Below, piece by piece: positions 1 through 11,102 of a DNA stretch of 64,000 nucleotides. The notes below the pieces were generated by a model. The model did not search any database, was not told the DNA's origin, and saw nothing but the letters and a program-made list of their open reading frames with translations. The DNA is from a virus. Lineage: Duplodnaviria; Caudoviricetes. Where the stretch lies: IMG/VR virus record IMGVR_UViG_3300035208_002115. The stretch is one strand, 5' to 3'. A program made the translations under genes and the position numbers. The number at the start of each line of letters is the position of its first letter. Within the stretch, counting starts at the first letter, position 1.

Positions 1-756
1 ATTATTATTTTTAAAACCATTTGTAATAAAGCTTTCTAATTTAAAATCTGGTGTTTCAAAATATAATTTATCATCAAGTATTAATTCCTTTTCTGTGAAA
101 ATACCAGTATCATAATCATATCCGAACCACCTCGAAAAGTTAAACTTCTTTATATCTAATTCAAATGATTTGATTGGAAATCTTGGGTTTTCGGTTATAT
201 TATTTGCTAAAAACACACCCAAGTCTGACGTTTTTTGCATATCAAATATTGATATACATTTCCACTTATCAAGTATTTCAGTTCTGAAATTTTCTTTAGT
301 TAATCCTTGAATACGATATTTATCATTTTCTAATTTATAAACGGCAGGTTCATCAACTCTCATTATAATGAAATTATCAGGCAAATCAGTTTTTCTTACA
401 AATAATGGAGCGAAATACTCGAATTCTTCATTATACCATTGGTCTTCAATATTTTTTGCACCAGATAGATAAGTATCATCGATTTGATTTCCAAAATCAT
501 TATACATAATATCTTCATCATTATCAAACTTAACTTCAAAAGCTAAATTCGATGATAACCCATCATAAAACTCATTTATCTTATCTTCAATCAAAGAATT
601 CTTTGACAAACCAAAATGTTTATACTTTGTTGCACCCAATTCCTTATTCGAATTTATAGACTCAAAATAAAGTCTATAATCGGATGTAACAACTACCTTA
701 ACATTTGATGTTAATGCTGGATTAGTCTTTAATAATTGGAAACTTTTATTTATCAA
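1..756 (-). CDS. Large conserved hypothetical, probably virion structural protein; truncated at the window edge
   Basis: Manual translation from TTG at 756: MINKSFQLLKTNPALTSNVKVVVTSDYRLYFES..., open to position 1. TAATATATA motif upstream (786-794). Not in the ORF track. Confidence 0.7.
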   Translation of the reverse strand, partial: MINKSFQLLKTNPALTSNVKVVVTSDYRLYFESINSNKELGATKYKHFGLSKNSLIEDKINEFYDGLSSNLAFEVKFDNDEDIMYNDFGNQIDDTYLSGAKNIEDQWYNEEFEYFAPLFVRKTDLPDNFIIMRVDEPAVYKLENDKYRIQGLTKENFRTEILDKWKCISIFDMQKTSDLGVFLANNITENPRFPIKSFELDIKKFNFSRWFGYDYDTGIFTEKELILDDKLYFETPDFKLESFITNGFKNNN

Positions 757-800
757 TTTAACATATCTTTATTTTTAGATAACATTATATATTAAAATTT

Positions 801-1499
801 TTAACCATCAATTATTTTAATGTCTTGTGGTCGTATATTATTATAAATATAATACCCACCTTTCATGTTTGGGTCTTTATAAATTTTCATGTCTTTATAA
901 AATTTATCTGTAATATTTATTTCTAAAAATTTATAATATTTAGTTATGCCTAATAAATTATCATTAAATGATAAATTTTTTATAAAATTTTCTGCACCCC
1001 CTTTATTTAAAGTTATATATATTCTCTCTAAATGAAATGATTTTTTGTTCTTAGATTTCGGTATTATACCAACTTTTTTAATATTATCTAAATTCGCCTC
1101 ATCTGTTACATGATAAACAATATCTGGTTTATAACCTAATATTTTATCGAACTTAGCTTCAAATATAAAATCTATTTTTTTACAGTTTTTTGATTTTAAA
1201 ATATAATCCTCAATATTAATAAATGGATATCCCCTGTTAATATTTGTTTTATAATATTTTATAAATGAGCAATAATAACCAAGTAAATTGTTGACCAAAT
1301 CAAAAATACTTTCTATTTGGTTTATATTTAAAACACCTACCACTGTTAGGAGAAATACACTATCATTATCTTTTTTAATATTATACCAAAATGGTAAATA
1401 CATTAATTTATTATTTAACGTATCAATAGCTTTATCTATTGGATATGTTGTTATTAAACCTTCGTTCTGTCTTAACAGGAAATTTTCAAATGATAACAT
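801..1499 (-). CDS. ADP-ribosyltransferase-fold (Tpt1/KptA-like, H-type) protein with N-terminal tag
   Basis: VYHVT...NIKKVGIIP...RIYIT motif pattern; N-terminus MLSFENFLLRQNE. Confidence 0.65.
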   Translation of the reverse strand: MLSFENFLLRQNEGLITTYPIDKAIDTLNNKLMYLPFWYNIKKDNDSVFLLTVVGVLNINQIESIFDLVNNLLGYYCSFIKYYKTNINRGYPFINIEDYILKSKNCKKIDFIFEAKFDKILGYKPDIVYHVTDEANLDNIKKVGIIPKSKNKKSFHLERIYITLNKGGAENFIKNLSFNDNLLGITKYYKFLEINITDKFYKDMKIYKDPNMKGGYYIYNNIRPQDIKIIDG

Positions 1500-1537
1500 T
1501 TTATTTTATAGATATTTCAATTATATATTATAAATAA

Positions 1538-1568
1538 CAAATCCCCTAAAAAATTAGAGGATTTGTTA
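1538..1568. terminator. Intrinsic terminator-like hairpin
   Basis: acaaatcccctaa/ttagaggatttgt imperfect inverted repeat between genes. Confidence 0.5.
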
Positions 1569-1585
1569 TTTTTTGTTATTTATCA

Positions 1586-4500
1586 CTATATACCAGATGT
1601 TACATTAACCTTTTTAAATGGTCTTAATTTAAACATTATTGTAAATTCAAATGGTCTGTTAGAATTTGTGGGTTCAATGAACACTCTTAATTTCTTGGTG
1701 TGTGTCAACAAATCATTAGTTACTGTTGGGTTTGAAAAATCTCCAGTTGTAGTTCCAGTACCTTGAAATTTGAAATAAATATTAATAGGTATTGTAATAG
1801 ATTCACTTGGTGCTAAATATTTAGTTTTTTCTTGACCAGTCTCCTGTAAATCACTTATATTTGTCACTAAAGGATGAACCGTTGATAAAAAGAATCCAGT
1901 ATAAGATGAATGCGCCCAATTTATTCCATCTATAATATCCCATGTTCCGTTTGTATACCCTGTTGGAGACGCTTTTAATCCAACATTGTGAGATGGGTCT
2001 GACAACGCAGGTGGAACGAGGGGTAACATAAATGCACCAACTAAAGAATTTGTATTATTATAAATTCTTATACCAGTATCTGTATCTGAAAACCATATAA
2101 ATTGATTACTCTGTTGTTTATAAAAGATATTATTTTTATCAACTATTCCAACAGCATGGTCTGTTTGGTAAAATGAATTACCATTTGTTGAACTCAATAT
2201 CGAAAAAGTTCTATCTGATAATAATCCTAATGAATTTTCATTCGCTATATTATCTATTCTGATATAATAACTTGATATTAAATAAATATCATTTTTATAA
2301 ATTCTACCTGTTGTACCACTCTTTGTACCATAATCTTCACACTCAACAACTTGATTTATAGTAGCACCATTACTAATGGCTATTTCATCTGTATTTCTGA
2401 AAAGTAATACCTGAAGTTCACCTTTAGAACGTTTAACAAGTTCTTCAAGAGAATTAATTTTATTAGTAAGGATTGCCAAATATTCTTTTAGCGACAATGA
2501 ATTTCCTGTACTATCCGCATAAGAAGTTTGAATTGTGTCATCTGTATGAGCATAATATTTTTCATTAACATAAAAAGATTCACTTATATGTTTTGTATAA
2601 CCTTTGGCATCCAGTGATGTTTCAAAATTAATTTTAAGTTCGTCATCAGATGCTTGTTTTAAAATAAATTCATTATCCGAAACTATTGATAATTCATCTG
2701 GAAAATCATAAGCTAAAATTTCTGACCAATCACTTTCAAGTGGTGCATTAGGCCAACCAACTTCGGATATAGATTTTATTCTTATTTCTACTTTTTCACC
2801 AGCAGTAACAGAAATATCCAATTGATTAATATTAGGTGTATCAGCATCTGAAACATCTTCTATTTTCCATTTCCATTCTTGTGTTGTTTCATCATAATAA
2901 CGTTTTCTTGCATCCGTTGTTAATGAATTCCAGTTAGAAAAATATCCAGTTTTTGCTGCATTTGAAACTAAGCTATATCCCTCGGTTGTATTTTCTTTAC
3001 CAGATTTAGATGAATATCTATATTCTAATTTGAATTGAACTACTTCTTGGTCACGATATCCTTCAACTTGTCTTGCTTCTGGTATATCCCAAAATCCACG
3101 TAAACGATATTTAGGTTCTACTTTAGCGTTTGTTGCATTACTACTTGTAATTTGTGTTGTTATAGAATTTAAAGTCTTTGTTTCACTATCTAATTGTTTA
3201 TTTAACTTGTTTAATTCATTTTCACTCTGTGACCTTTCAGCAACAGATTTGAATTGTTTAGTTTTCAATTCCGTGTTTTTTAATATTATAGCATCACTTA
3301 ATTGATTTACCCTTGCTTTAGATTTATTCTTTTGAGAATGTAAATCTTTTATTTTTTTAATATCTTCTGTTTCAGTTAAGTGTTTATTTATCTGAACAAC
3401 CTTGAAGTTATTAGAATTTAATTCTGGTACATTAGGAACTAATCCAACATCTGAAGGTATATTTTTTTTAACAAGGTCTTTTAATAAAGTACCATAATCG
3501 AATACAGTATCCAAATAATACTCAGAAAGAGTTATATTAGAGTCTGTACTTAATTTTAATTCATTTGAATAGAAACACGAACCTTTTGACCATAACGATG
3601 AAATAACGTTATTAGAACCGTTAATAGGTTTAAGGAATATGACGTTATACTCATCAAAACCGATTGTCACTTTAGTTTTTTTATCAAGAAGCACACCACT
3701 ATAATATTTAAGTGTGTTTATACCAGTTACAACTGGGTCGTATCCTTCCACCCTTTCTAAAATTACTCTATAATTCGAAGCAGCTATATTAACTTCATGC
3801 ACTTTATAACGAGTAGTTGAAGATTCTTTATTTAAAATAAGTTCATCACCTATTGCCAGTGTTTTAGGATTACCGTCTGTATCATAATAAGTCAATGTAT
3901 TCAAATGATACCATAATTTATTATTAAGAGTATCTTTTTCTTGTTTAAGTACAGAAAATAAACCAAAACTTGTTAATGTATTATAATCGAACTCAAATAT
4001 TTCTTCATCATAATCATTAATATCATTCATATCATTATTCAATACACCAGTATTAGTTGGATTATTATACCAATCTAAAAATTCATGTATATCAATATCA
4101 TTTCTTCCAAGAAAAATGGAACGTAAATCATCCAATGATGCTTGACCTTTAGCTGTTAATGCACCATCAGCATCTTTTGTAAATCTAACAATATATCTTC
4201 TTGATAATACCTTTGAAACATCTGGCTCAACCAACTCCGTTAAATCTATTTCCACACTTAATAGAGGACTCATTAATGATTCAAAGAACCAGTTATTAAC
4301 TGGAACAAACTGACTAACCACATTTAATTTAGATATCGAATTTGGTTCTCTATTTAAATCAACTTGATATACTTTCTTGGTTGATTCGCCATCAATCATA
4401 TAAGTGGTCTTATCTTGAAATTGAGAAAGACGTTTAATATTATTATTTGCTATATCAATTTCCTTTTTTAGGAAACCAACAGTGGGCATATTGAATGTTG

Positions 4501-4657
4501 ATTCTATACCAGCTTCGTTTGTAAGATTAACTTCCACAGCCGAGGCTTCTGATGATACTACATCTTGTATTTTTGTTATTATCTCAACTGAATTTTTATT
4601 AAGTAGAGAAACCTGTTCCAGGAAACTAACCAGAGAATTTTTCTGAAAGTTACTCAT
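1586..4657 (-). CDS. Large hypothetical, probably virion structural protein (coiled coil plus beta-rich domains)
   Basis: 1023 aa ORF with central coiled coil; TAATATATA motif upstream (4701-4709). Confidence 0.55.
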   Translation of the reverse strand: MSNFQKNSLVSFLEQVSLLNKNSVEIITKIQDVVSSEASAVEVNLTNEAGIESTFNMPTVGFLKKEIDIANNNIKRLSQFQDKTTYMIDGESTKKVYQVDLNREPNSISKLNVVSQFVPVNNWFFESLMSPLLSVEIDLTELVEPDVSKVLSRRYIVRFTKDADGALTAKGQASLDDLRSIFLGRNDIDIHEFLDWYNNPTNTGVLNNDMNDINDYDEEIFEFDYNTLTSFGLFSVLKQEKDTLNNKLWYHLNTLTYYDTDGNPKTLAIGDELILNKESSTTRYKVHEVNIAASNYRVILERVEGYDPVVTGINTLKYYSGVLLDKKTKVTIGFDEYNVIFLKPINGSNNVISSLWSKGSCFYSNELKLSTDSNITLSEYYLDTVFDYGTLLKDLVKKNIPSDVGLVPNVPELNSNNFKVVQINKHLTETEDIKKIKDLHSQKNKSKARVNQLSDAIILKNTELKTKQFKSVAERSQSENELNKLNKQLDSETKTLNSITTQITSSNATNAKVEPKYRLRGFWDIPEARQVEGYRDQEVVQFKLEYRYSSKSGKENTTEGYSLVSNAAKTGYFSNWNSLTTDARKRYYDETTQEWKWKIEDVSDADTPNINQLDISVTAGEKVEIRIKSISEVGWPNAPLESDWSEILAYDFPDELSIVSDNEFILKQASDDELKINFETSLDAKGYTKHISESFYVNEKYYAHTDDTIQTSYADSTGNSLSLKEYLAILTNKINSLEELVKRSKGELQVLLFRNTDEIAISNGATINQVVECEDYGTKSGTTGRIYKNDIYLISSYYIRIDNIANENSLGLLSDRTFSILSSTNGNSFYQTDHAVGIVDKNNIFYKQQSNQFIWFSDTDTGIRIYNNTNSLVGAFMLPLVPPALSDPSHNVGLKASPTGYTNGTWDIIDGINWAHSSYTGFFLSTVHPLVTNISDLQETGQEKTKYLAPSESITIPINIYFKFQGTGTTTGDFSNPTVTNDLLTHTKKLRVFIEPTNSNRPFEFTIMFKLRPFKKVNVTSGI

Positions 4658-4752
4658 AATATAAAATTATAATTTTTTAATCACTAAATTTGTGTTTAGA
4701 TATATATTAAAATTATAGGTATATATTAAAAATAAAAATTTTTATTTTAAAT

Positions 4753-5814
4753 ATGAAAAATAAAAATGGATATTGGACTTTTGAGAGGTGTAAAGAAGTT
4801 GCATTATTATGTGATTCAAGAACAGAATTATGTAGTAAACATGTTGGTGCATATTATAAAGCAATAAATAAGAATTGGTTAGATATTATATGTATTCATA
4901 TGTTTAAGATACATAAACCAAAGAATTTCTGGAATTATGATAAATGTCAAGAAGTGTCATTATTATGTTATTCAAGAAGTGATTTTTATATAAAATATAA
5001 CAGTGCGTATCATGCAGCATATAGAAAGGGGTGGCTAAATACGATATGTTCCCATATGAAAAATATTGGTAATAAATATTTTAGATGTATATATGTGTGG
5101 GAATTTGAAGATAATTCGGCATATATAGGATTAACTGGGAATTTAGAAGAAAGAACAAATTATCATAACTATAATAAGAATAGTCCAGTACTAAAATATA
5201 AAAAAATGATTATTAATCCCATATGTAAACAATTATCAGATTACGTGGTTAAAGAAGAAGCACAAATATTAGAAGAATATTTTATTAATAAATATAAACA
5301 GGCTGGTTGGAATATTTTAAATAAAGCAAAAGCTGGTTCATTAGGAGGCTCTAATAAATATTGGACAAAAGAAAGATGTCAAAAGGTTGCTTCAACCTGT
5401 TCATCAAGAAAAGCTTTTCACATTAAATATAGTAGTGCTTACAATTCTGCTCGTTTTAATAAATGGATGAATGAAATATGTTTACACATGAATACCAAAA
5501 GTAGACCATATGGTTATTGGACATATGAACAGTGTGAAAAAAGTGTGTTATTGTGTAAATCGAAAAAAGAATTTAGTAAAAATTTTTACACTGCTTATAA
5601 GTTGTGTCGAAAAAATAAATGGTTAGATAATTTATGTTCACACATGAATATTTTAAGAAACCCGAACGGTTATTGGACAAAAGAAAAATGTAAAGAAATT
5701 GCATTGTTATGTAAATCGAGAAGTGATTTTATTAATAATTATAGTGGTGCTTATAATTCAGCAATTAAAAACAATTTTTATTCTGAAATCGTTGATTTAA
5801 TTGAAAAACATTAA
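4753..5814 (+). CDS. GIY-YIG homing endonuclease with repeated DNA-binding modules
   Basis: CIYVWEF...AYIGLT...R..H GIY-YIG core; about five YWTxExC repeats. Confidence 0.8.
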   Translation: MKNKNGYWTFERCKEVALLCDSRTELCSKHVGAYYKAINKNWLDIICIHMFKIHKPKNFWNYDKCQEVSLLCYSRSDFYIKYNSAYHAAYRKGWLNTICSHMKNIGNKYFRCIYVWEFEDNSAYIGLTGNLEERTNYHNYNKNSPVLKYKKMIINPICKQLSDYVVKEEAQILEEYFINKYKQAGWNILNKAKAGSLGGSNKYWTKERCQKVASTCSSRKAFHIKYSSAYNSARFNKWMNEICLHMNTKSRPYGYWTYEQCEKSVLLCKSKKEFSKNFYTAYKLCRKNKWLDNLCSHMNILRNPNGYWTKEKCKEIALLCKSRSDFINNYSGAYNSAIKNNFYSEIVDLIEKH

Positions 5815-5961
5815 AAATTGAGAAACGGGTTTAATGAATATCAATATTTATCAAACCACAACAACAACCATTCAAAAACTCAATCAAAACAAGGATTATA
5901 TTAACAATATTATAATAGTTTATCATAAACAAAAGAATAGCTGATAAATACTCCAAAATAA

Positions 5962-5989
5962 AAATCCCACCGATTTCTCGATGGGATTT
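5962..5989. terminator. Bidirectional terminator hairpin
   Basis: aaatcccaccga/tcgatgggattt between convergent genes. Confidence 0.6.
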
Positions 5990-6012
5990 CCTTTATAATA
6001 TTTTCTTCTTTT

Positions 6013-7506
6013 TTAGAAGTTGATAACATCACCAGCAGGTGTAGTAGTTCCAGTTGTCATATGACCATCTTCATATATGAAGTAGTTAGTAGTACCGTTT
6101 GTCAGGATGAAGTAACCATTTTCAGTAGTCGAAATCGATTCGATAGCTGTGGTTATGATTTTTGAACCAGCCGATACAACATTAAGCTGACTTGTTGTAT
6201 TGATAGTACTAATCTGAATTTTAGTCACATAATTAGAACCATCTTCTTCAGTTATATAATAAATGTAGTCACCGAATAAAATCATCTTAGAAGTAAGTTT
6301 ATGGTTGTTATAACCATCACTGATAGTGTTTGATGGGTTTGTAAAAGCGTTCAAGTTTTTTGTTGATAAATCATACATAGTGAATGATGGAGCAAACATA
6401 TAACCTTTCATCCAAACATAACTATCAAGTGTACCAGTGTTAATCTGAGAAATGACTTTATTACCTTTTATCAAAGAACGCATATCAGGTGTATAACCAT
6501 ATTCACTTAAAGCCGTGTTATCATTAATCAAAAGATTAAAAGAATTATTGAAATCAGAATAATTAGCAGATGTTTTTACATAACTTAGTGAGAAAGAACC
6601 GCTACTTATAATTTTAACGACTGTTACAAAAGTCCAAGATGTTGCACCCAAATTACTATTAGGTATGAATGTTATATAACCATACACATCACCGTTTGAT
6701 AACTTAATAGTTTTAGTACAAGCGAAATTGGAAGGACTTGATATTTCATAACCAGTTGTATTAAAGAAGTCGGTATAATTATCAGCTAACATTGTAGCAA
6801 ATTCAGCATTATTAATATTAATAACCGAACCAGTTTTAGAAGATGATTCGTCACTAAAAGTAACAGTAAGACCAGCGTTATTAACCCAAGTCCAATCGTT
6901 ATTAGGTAATACAACATATGCACCATCAGTAACAGGAGTTTCTTCAATAGTTTCAATAGTACCATCTTCTTTATTAACCATTACTGTTGACATTTCGGCA
7001 ATAGTAGCAGACTTCATTGTGTATTCCTGAATACCAGTTGTATTATTAGAAGAAGGATAATATGTACTAACTACAAAATCGGCAGTCATTTTAAGAAAGT
7101 TGCTAACAAGCTCCATGTTTTCAATAGTCGAAAAGGCATAATTTAAATTTGCATCGTGCATTTCGATTTTGTTGCTCATAGGTACAACAAAAGTAGTATC
7201 ACCATAAACATCATATACCCAAATTGAATCAACGAAACCATCAGGTTGCGAAAAAACTTTCAACTTAGATACATTGGCTAAATCGAATTGATTAACATAT
7301 TCACGATGATAACCAACAGTGGTATCAGTGACATTATTACTATCACCATTAACAAGTGTATCACCGTTTTGGCTGATAACAATATTAGTATCAGCAATTT
7401 TAGGTTCAGGATTAAGAAATTCTTCGTCTTTCTCACATGATGTTAAGGTCAGAACGAAAGCAGTCAGAACTGCGAGTGCTAAGAAATAAATTTTTGTTGT
7501 TTTCAT
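6013..7506 (-). CDS. Bacteroidota-type lipoprotein, beta-rich
   Basis: Signal peptide II with lipobox LTSC followed by an acidic stretch (EKDEE); TAnnTTTG promoter at 7539-7546. Confidence 0.75.
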   Translation of the reverse strand: MKTTKIYFLALAVLTAFVLTLTSCEKDEEFLNPEPKIADTNIVISQNGDTLVNGDSNNVTDTTVGYHREYVNQFDLANVSKLKVFSQPDGFVDSIWVYDVYGDTTFVVPMSNKIEMHDANLNYAFSTIENMELVSNFLKMTADFVVSTYYPSSNNTTGIQEYTMKSATIAEMSTVMVNKEDGTIETIEETPVTDGAYVVLPNNDWTWVNNAGLTVTFSDESSSKTGSVININNAEFATMLADNYTDFFNTTGYEISSPSNFACTKTIKLSNGDVYGYITFIPNSNLGATSWTFVTVVKIISSGSFSLSYVKTSANYSDFNNSFNLLINDNTALSEYGYTPDMRSLIKGNKVISQINTGTLDSYVWMKGYMFAPSFTMYDLSTKNLNAFTNPSNTISDGYNNHKLTSKMILFGDYIYYITEEDGSNYVTKIQISTINTTSQLNVVSAGSKIITTAIESISTTENGYFILTNGTTNYFIYEDGHMTTGTTTPAGDVINF

Positions 7507-7722
7507 ATCCGTATAATTTTTAGTTTGTAATTATGTGTCAAAAATAATAGGTTTATTTTTATAAAAAAAATCCTACGAAAAAAATATTCAAAATAATCAA
7601 AAAATATTCAATGAAATATTCAAATTATATTTGAATCGTAGATTTTACGAGAGTAATGTGGGGAAGGTTACATTTAAATAATATTTTTATTTTTAAAATA
7701 CTTACTGATACCCACAATGCTA

Positions 7723-7731
7723 TAATATATA
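7723..7731 (+). promoter_or_regulatory. Putative phage late promoter TAATATATA (representative copy)
   Basis: Same 9-mer a short distance upstream of at least 16 genes on both strands. Confidence 0.6.
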
Positions 7732-7746
7732 AAAATAAAAAGTATT

Positions 7747-8121
7747 ATGTTACTGGTTAAAACTTATATAGATAAAAGTGAGATTGATAACCTTGGAGTG
7801 TTTGCTGTTGAAGATATTTTAGAAGGTACGGTAATATGGAAATATAATTCATATATAGATATAACCTTGGATGAAGAAACAGTTGAAAGGTTGAATGATG
7901 TTGAAAAGGAATTTATAAAGAAATATGCTTTTTTAGATGCACAGACTGATATATTTTTATTATCTGCTGTTAATGATAGATTTACAAACCATAGTAACAA
8001 CCCAAATTCTAATCCGAACATAGAGGGTGATATGATAGCAAATAATAATATTAAAAAAGGAGAAGAAATTACTGCTAATTATTTTGAAATAGATAAATTT
8101 GCTGGAGAAAAATTTTCATAA
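7747..8121 (+). CDS. SET-domain lysine methyltransferase-like protein
   Basis: LGVFA, RFTNHSNNPN and IKKGEEITANY SET signature motifs. Confidence 0.9.
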   Translation: MLLVKTYIDKSEIDNLGVFAVEDILEGTVIWKYNSYIDITLDEETVERLNDVEKEFIKKYAFLDAQTDIFLLSAVNDRFTNHSNNPNSNPNIEGDMIANNNIKKGEEITANYFEIDKFAGEKFS

Positions 8122-8122
8122 A

Positions 8123-8377
8123 ATGGTTTATAAAATTTTAGATTGGTTATATTTTTTATTCTGGATGATAGGAATATTTTTCATTTCTTGTCTAAAATTA
8201 AATTTTAAGGAAGCCATAGAATCAACCTATTGGATACGGATACATTTTAAATATAAAGGTCAGTGTGTAGAATATGCAAAAAGAACATTTTGGCAGAAAA
8301 TAAAAAATGATTTAATAGTAATTTTCGGTGTTATAATTATGTTTGGAACTATATATTTACTAATATATAATATTTAA
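8123..8377 (+). CDS. Small two-TM membrane protein
   Basis: Two hydrophobic segments; ATG at 8123 preferred to the CTG start in the track. Confidence 0.55.
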   Translation: MVYKILDWLYFLFWMIGIFFISCLKLNFKEAIESTYWIRIHFKYKGQCVEYAKRTFWQKIKNDLIVIFGVIIMFGTIYLLIYNI

Positions 8378-8390
8378 AAAAAATATAACA

Positions 8391-8621
8391 GTGTTAGATA
8401 TCGATAAAATATCAAAAGATATTAAAGCGATATTCGATAAACACACTTATAAAAGGGGTAGAAAACCTATTAATTTAAATAATTTAATAGATAAAGATAT
8501 AAGTAATTATATACGTGTAATACATAATGAAATAAAAGATTTAGCCTTTCCAGAAAGATGTTTAGAAATAAACAAAATCTATAAAGTAATAAATGATTTA
8601 AAGAAGGACAAAATAAAATAG
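8391..8621 (+). CDS. Hypothetical protein
   Basis: ORF track; followed by a hairpin terminator. Confidence 0.5.
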   Translation: MLDIDKISKDIKAIFDKHTYKRGRKPINLNNLIDKDISNYIRVIHNEIKDLAFPERCLEINKIYKVINDLKKDKIK

Positions 8622-8646
8622 CACCATTTTTTAGTGGTGCTATTTA
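8617..8646. terminator. Bidirectional terminator hairpin
   Basis: aatagcaccat/gtggtgctatt between convergent genes. Confidence 0.65.
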
Positions 8647-8669
8647 TAATCATATAATGAGCGACATTA

Positions 8670-11102
8670 CTATTTTATTTCATCATTGTATAATTTAACC
8701 AACCCATCCTGTAAGGTGTAAAAATGGTTGAACATTAGTTTTTCTAATGTAGTTTCTTTCATGATACTAGCCAGTGAAATAATACCACTATTATAATCAG
8801 AAGTATCGGTTTTAGATTCGGTATCATCGCTTAATCTATGGTAAACATCATACAATTTTAATGTTTCAACACGTAAAGCAACATCAATTATACTTTTTAT
8901 CCGTCCTTGCTCATCATCACTAACAATAGCACCACTATCTAAAACACGAACAAAGTTTGGGTTGTTCATATTAAAATAAATGTCAATATTATTTTCACCA
9001 CCCAACACTGGAATAGCCACGATATCTTTTTGCAATTTAAAGGAATTAGTAAGTACACTGTCTGCTAATTCTTCATATTTCTGAAATATGACATTAATCT
9101 TATCATTCACCTTTGCAAATCTATTATTCGTGACTTGTGGTTTATCAGTTTCTTCTCTTTTTTCGAACATTATAATATTATAAGTAACTTCTTTCTCTAT
9201 AATATTACCTCCATTATCAATATAGAACTTGATAGTCACTTCAGAATTTTTATTAACTCTAAATCCATTATCACTCGAATAATTGATATAGATAATAGAA
9301 TTACCCGGGAATTCTGAATTAGTAGACGTTTCTATGGCAGCTCCGTCCACATAAACTTCTATTTCTACTGATTTATCTGAATATAGAAGATTTCTTGAAT
9401 TTTCATCTTTATATCCAACTTTAGGATTATCAAAATCATATTTCGAATACTTCAATATGAAATCATCAATAGTGGGATAATTAGTTGTACGTGGTACACC
9501 TTTATGTTTACCATTAAAATATTTACCGTTTTTATCTTTAGGTAAACCATTCTCTTTACCAGTATAATATGGTGTAAGAACACCGTTAGAATCGGTGGCG
9601 ATAGGTGTTTCTTTTAAATTAAAGAGTTTGTGAACACATTTTAAAGCTACTTTTTTAGCTTCATCTTGGTTATAATCATTAGAAGAATTTAATCTAAATC
9701 TTCTAATTTCTTCTTCAATCGCATTTATATGAGGGTTATCACGTAACTCATCTTCGATGATTTTAAAAATTTCTTCATTAATAACTGAATTAGTATTCAA
9801 TCCAGAACGGTCGGTTTTAATATGTTTACCGAGTTCGTGTGGTTCAATACTGGAATAATCAATAAACATAACAATGTTTTTCAGAATATAACTATATATA
9901 TGTTTTATTCTCCAGTTGGATTTTGTAGCTTGGGTTTGTCCATTAACAGTGAAAAAATAACACATGTCACCACGTTTTTTTCGGTCTGTGTTTTTTTTCG
10001 TTCTTTTTTCACCTTCACCCCTCGCTGTGGTTGTCGGGTTCTCAATATATATAGTATAAGGTATTTTATATTTACCTACTGTTGCAATTTTATCAACATG
10101 ATATAATATGGCTTCTTTACCCTCTTTAATGTTATGTTCGAACTCGAAAACAATACCATTCAATTTTGCTTTTTCAGAACCTTTAGATTCATACTCCCGT
10201 TCTTCTATCATAGACACTGGAAAGGGTATATTTGGATAATACCAACCTAAACGATATTTCAATTCGGATGTTATCAACGAATTGAACCCCTTAGTGTCAC
10301 ATTCATATAATTGAATAAGTGTTCCATGTTCAAGATAACCTCTATTCTTTTTATCATCATTTATAGGTATTACCCTTATACCTGCTTTGGATTCAAAGTG
10401 TGGTAATTCACCATTCGGACAAAGAAATTTAAATTCTTTTAATTTTGTTCCTTTTTTTGGTTCAAAAATACGTAACAGTGAATATGTCCAAACATCTTTA
10501 TTTTTATTATCTTTTATTAAAGATGCTGGTTTTTTACTTATAATTAATTGATAATTAGGTTCTTTTAAATGTCTGACGATACTAAATGACCCAGTATTAT
10601 ATGCTCCATTCAAACAAAATTTTGTAATTTTATTAGAATTGGTCATTGTTAAAAAAGTCGATTCAAAGGTTGTTATATCTTGCCCTATACCCCTATCGAT
10701 AATATTCAAAGTTGGAATAGTTGTACCCAATCTCGAAACTATATAAATATTTGGGTCGCTGTTAAATAAATGGGGTTGTTTATTAAAAGAGTTTTCTACT
10801 TTCAGATGTTTGCAATTATTATTTATTACATCTTTATATTTTTTTGGATAAACAGAATTATTATGTAATTCTATTTCCCTTTCAATAAGGGCATCAACTG
10901 AATTTGTTAATTTTTCTGTTAACGCAGGTACACAATCAGCATTACTATTCTGAATTATTCCATCGGTGTTAACGACACCATTAATATTTTTCCACAAGTC
11001 CCTATTTAAAAGACCGTTAACACTCAAATAATCTTCAACATTATTTGATTTAACGATGTTTAATAAATCATAAAACACTTTTTCATAATCGATTTTTTTC
11101 AT
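8670..11102 (-). CDS. GHKL (MORC/MutL-like) ATPase domain protein
   Basis: EKLTNSVDA (ExxxNxxD), IIDRGIGQ (DxGxG), NGAYNTGS lid and HGTLI motifs. Confidence 0.8.
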   Translation of the reverse strand: MKKIDYEKVFYDLLNIVKSNNVEDYLSVNGLLNRDLWKNINGVVNTDGIIQNSNADCVPALTEKLTNSVDALIEREIELHNNSVYPKKYKDVINNNCKHLKVENSFNKQPHLFNSDPNIYIVSRLGTTIPTLNIIDRGIGQDITTFESTFLTMTNSNKITKFCLNGAYNTGSFSIVRHLKEPNYQLIISKKPASLIKDNKNKDVWTYSLLRIFEPKKGTKLKEFKFLCPNGELPHFESKAGIRVIPINDDKKNRGYLEHGTLIQLYECDTKGFNSLITSELKYRLGWYYPNIPFPVSMIEEREYESKGSEKAKLNGIVFEFEHNIKEGKEAILYHVDKIATVGKYKIPYTIYIENPTTTARGEGEKRTKKNTDRKKRGDMCYFFTVNGQTQATKSNWRIKHIYSYILKNIVMFIDYSSIEPHELGKHIKTDRSGLNTNSVINEEIFKIIEDELRDNPHINAIEEEIRRFRLNSSNDYNQDEAKKVALKCVHKLFNLKETPIATDSNGVLTPYYTGKENGLPKDKNGKYFNGKHKGVPRTTNYPTIDDFILKYSKYDFDNPKVGYKDENSRNLLYSDKSVEIEVYVDGAAIETSTNSEFPGNSIIYINYSSDNGFRVNKNSEVTIKFYIDNGGNIIEKEVTYNIIMFEKREETDKPQVTNNRFAKVNDKINVIFQKYEELADSVLTNSFKLQKDIVAIPVLGGENNIDIYFNMNNPNFVRVLDSGAIVSDDEQGRIKSIIDVALRVETLKLYDVYHRLSDDTESKTDTSDYNSGIISLASIMKETTLEKLMFNHFYTLQDGLVKLYNDEIK

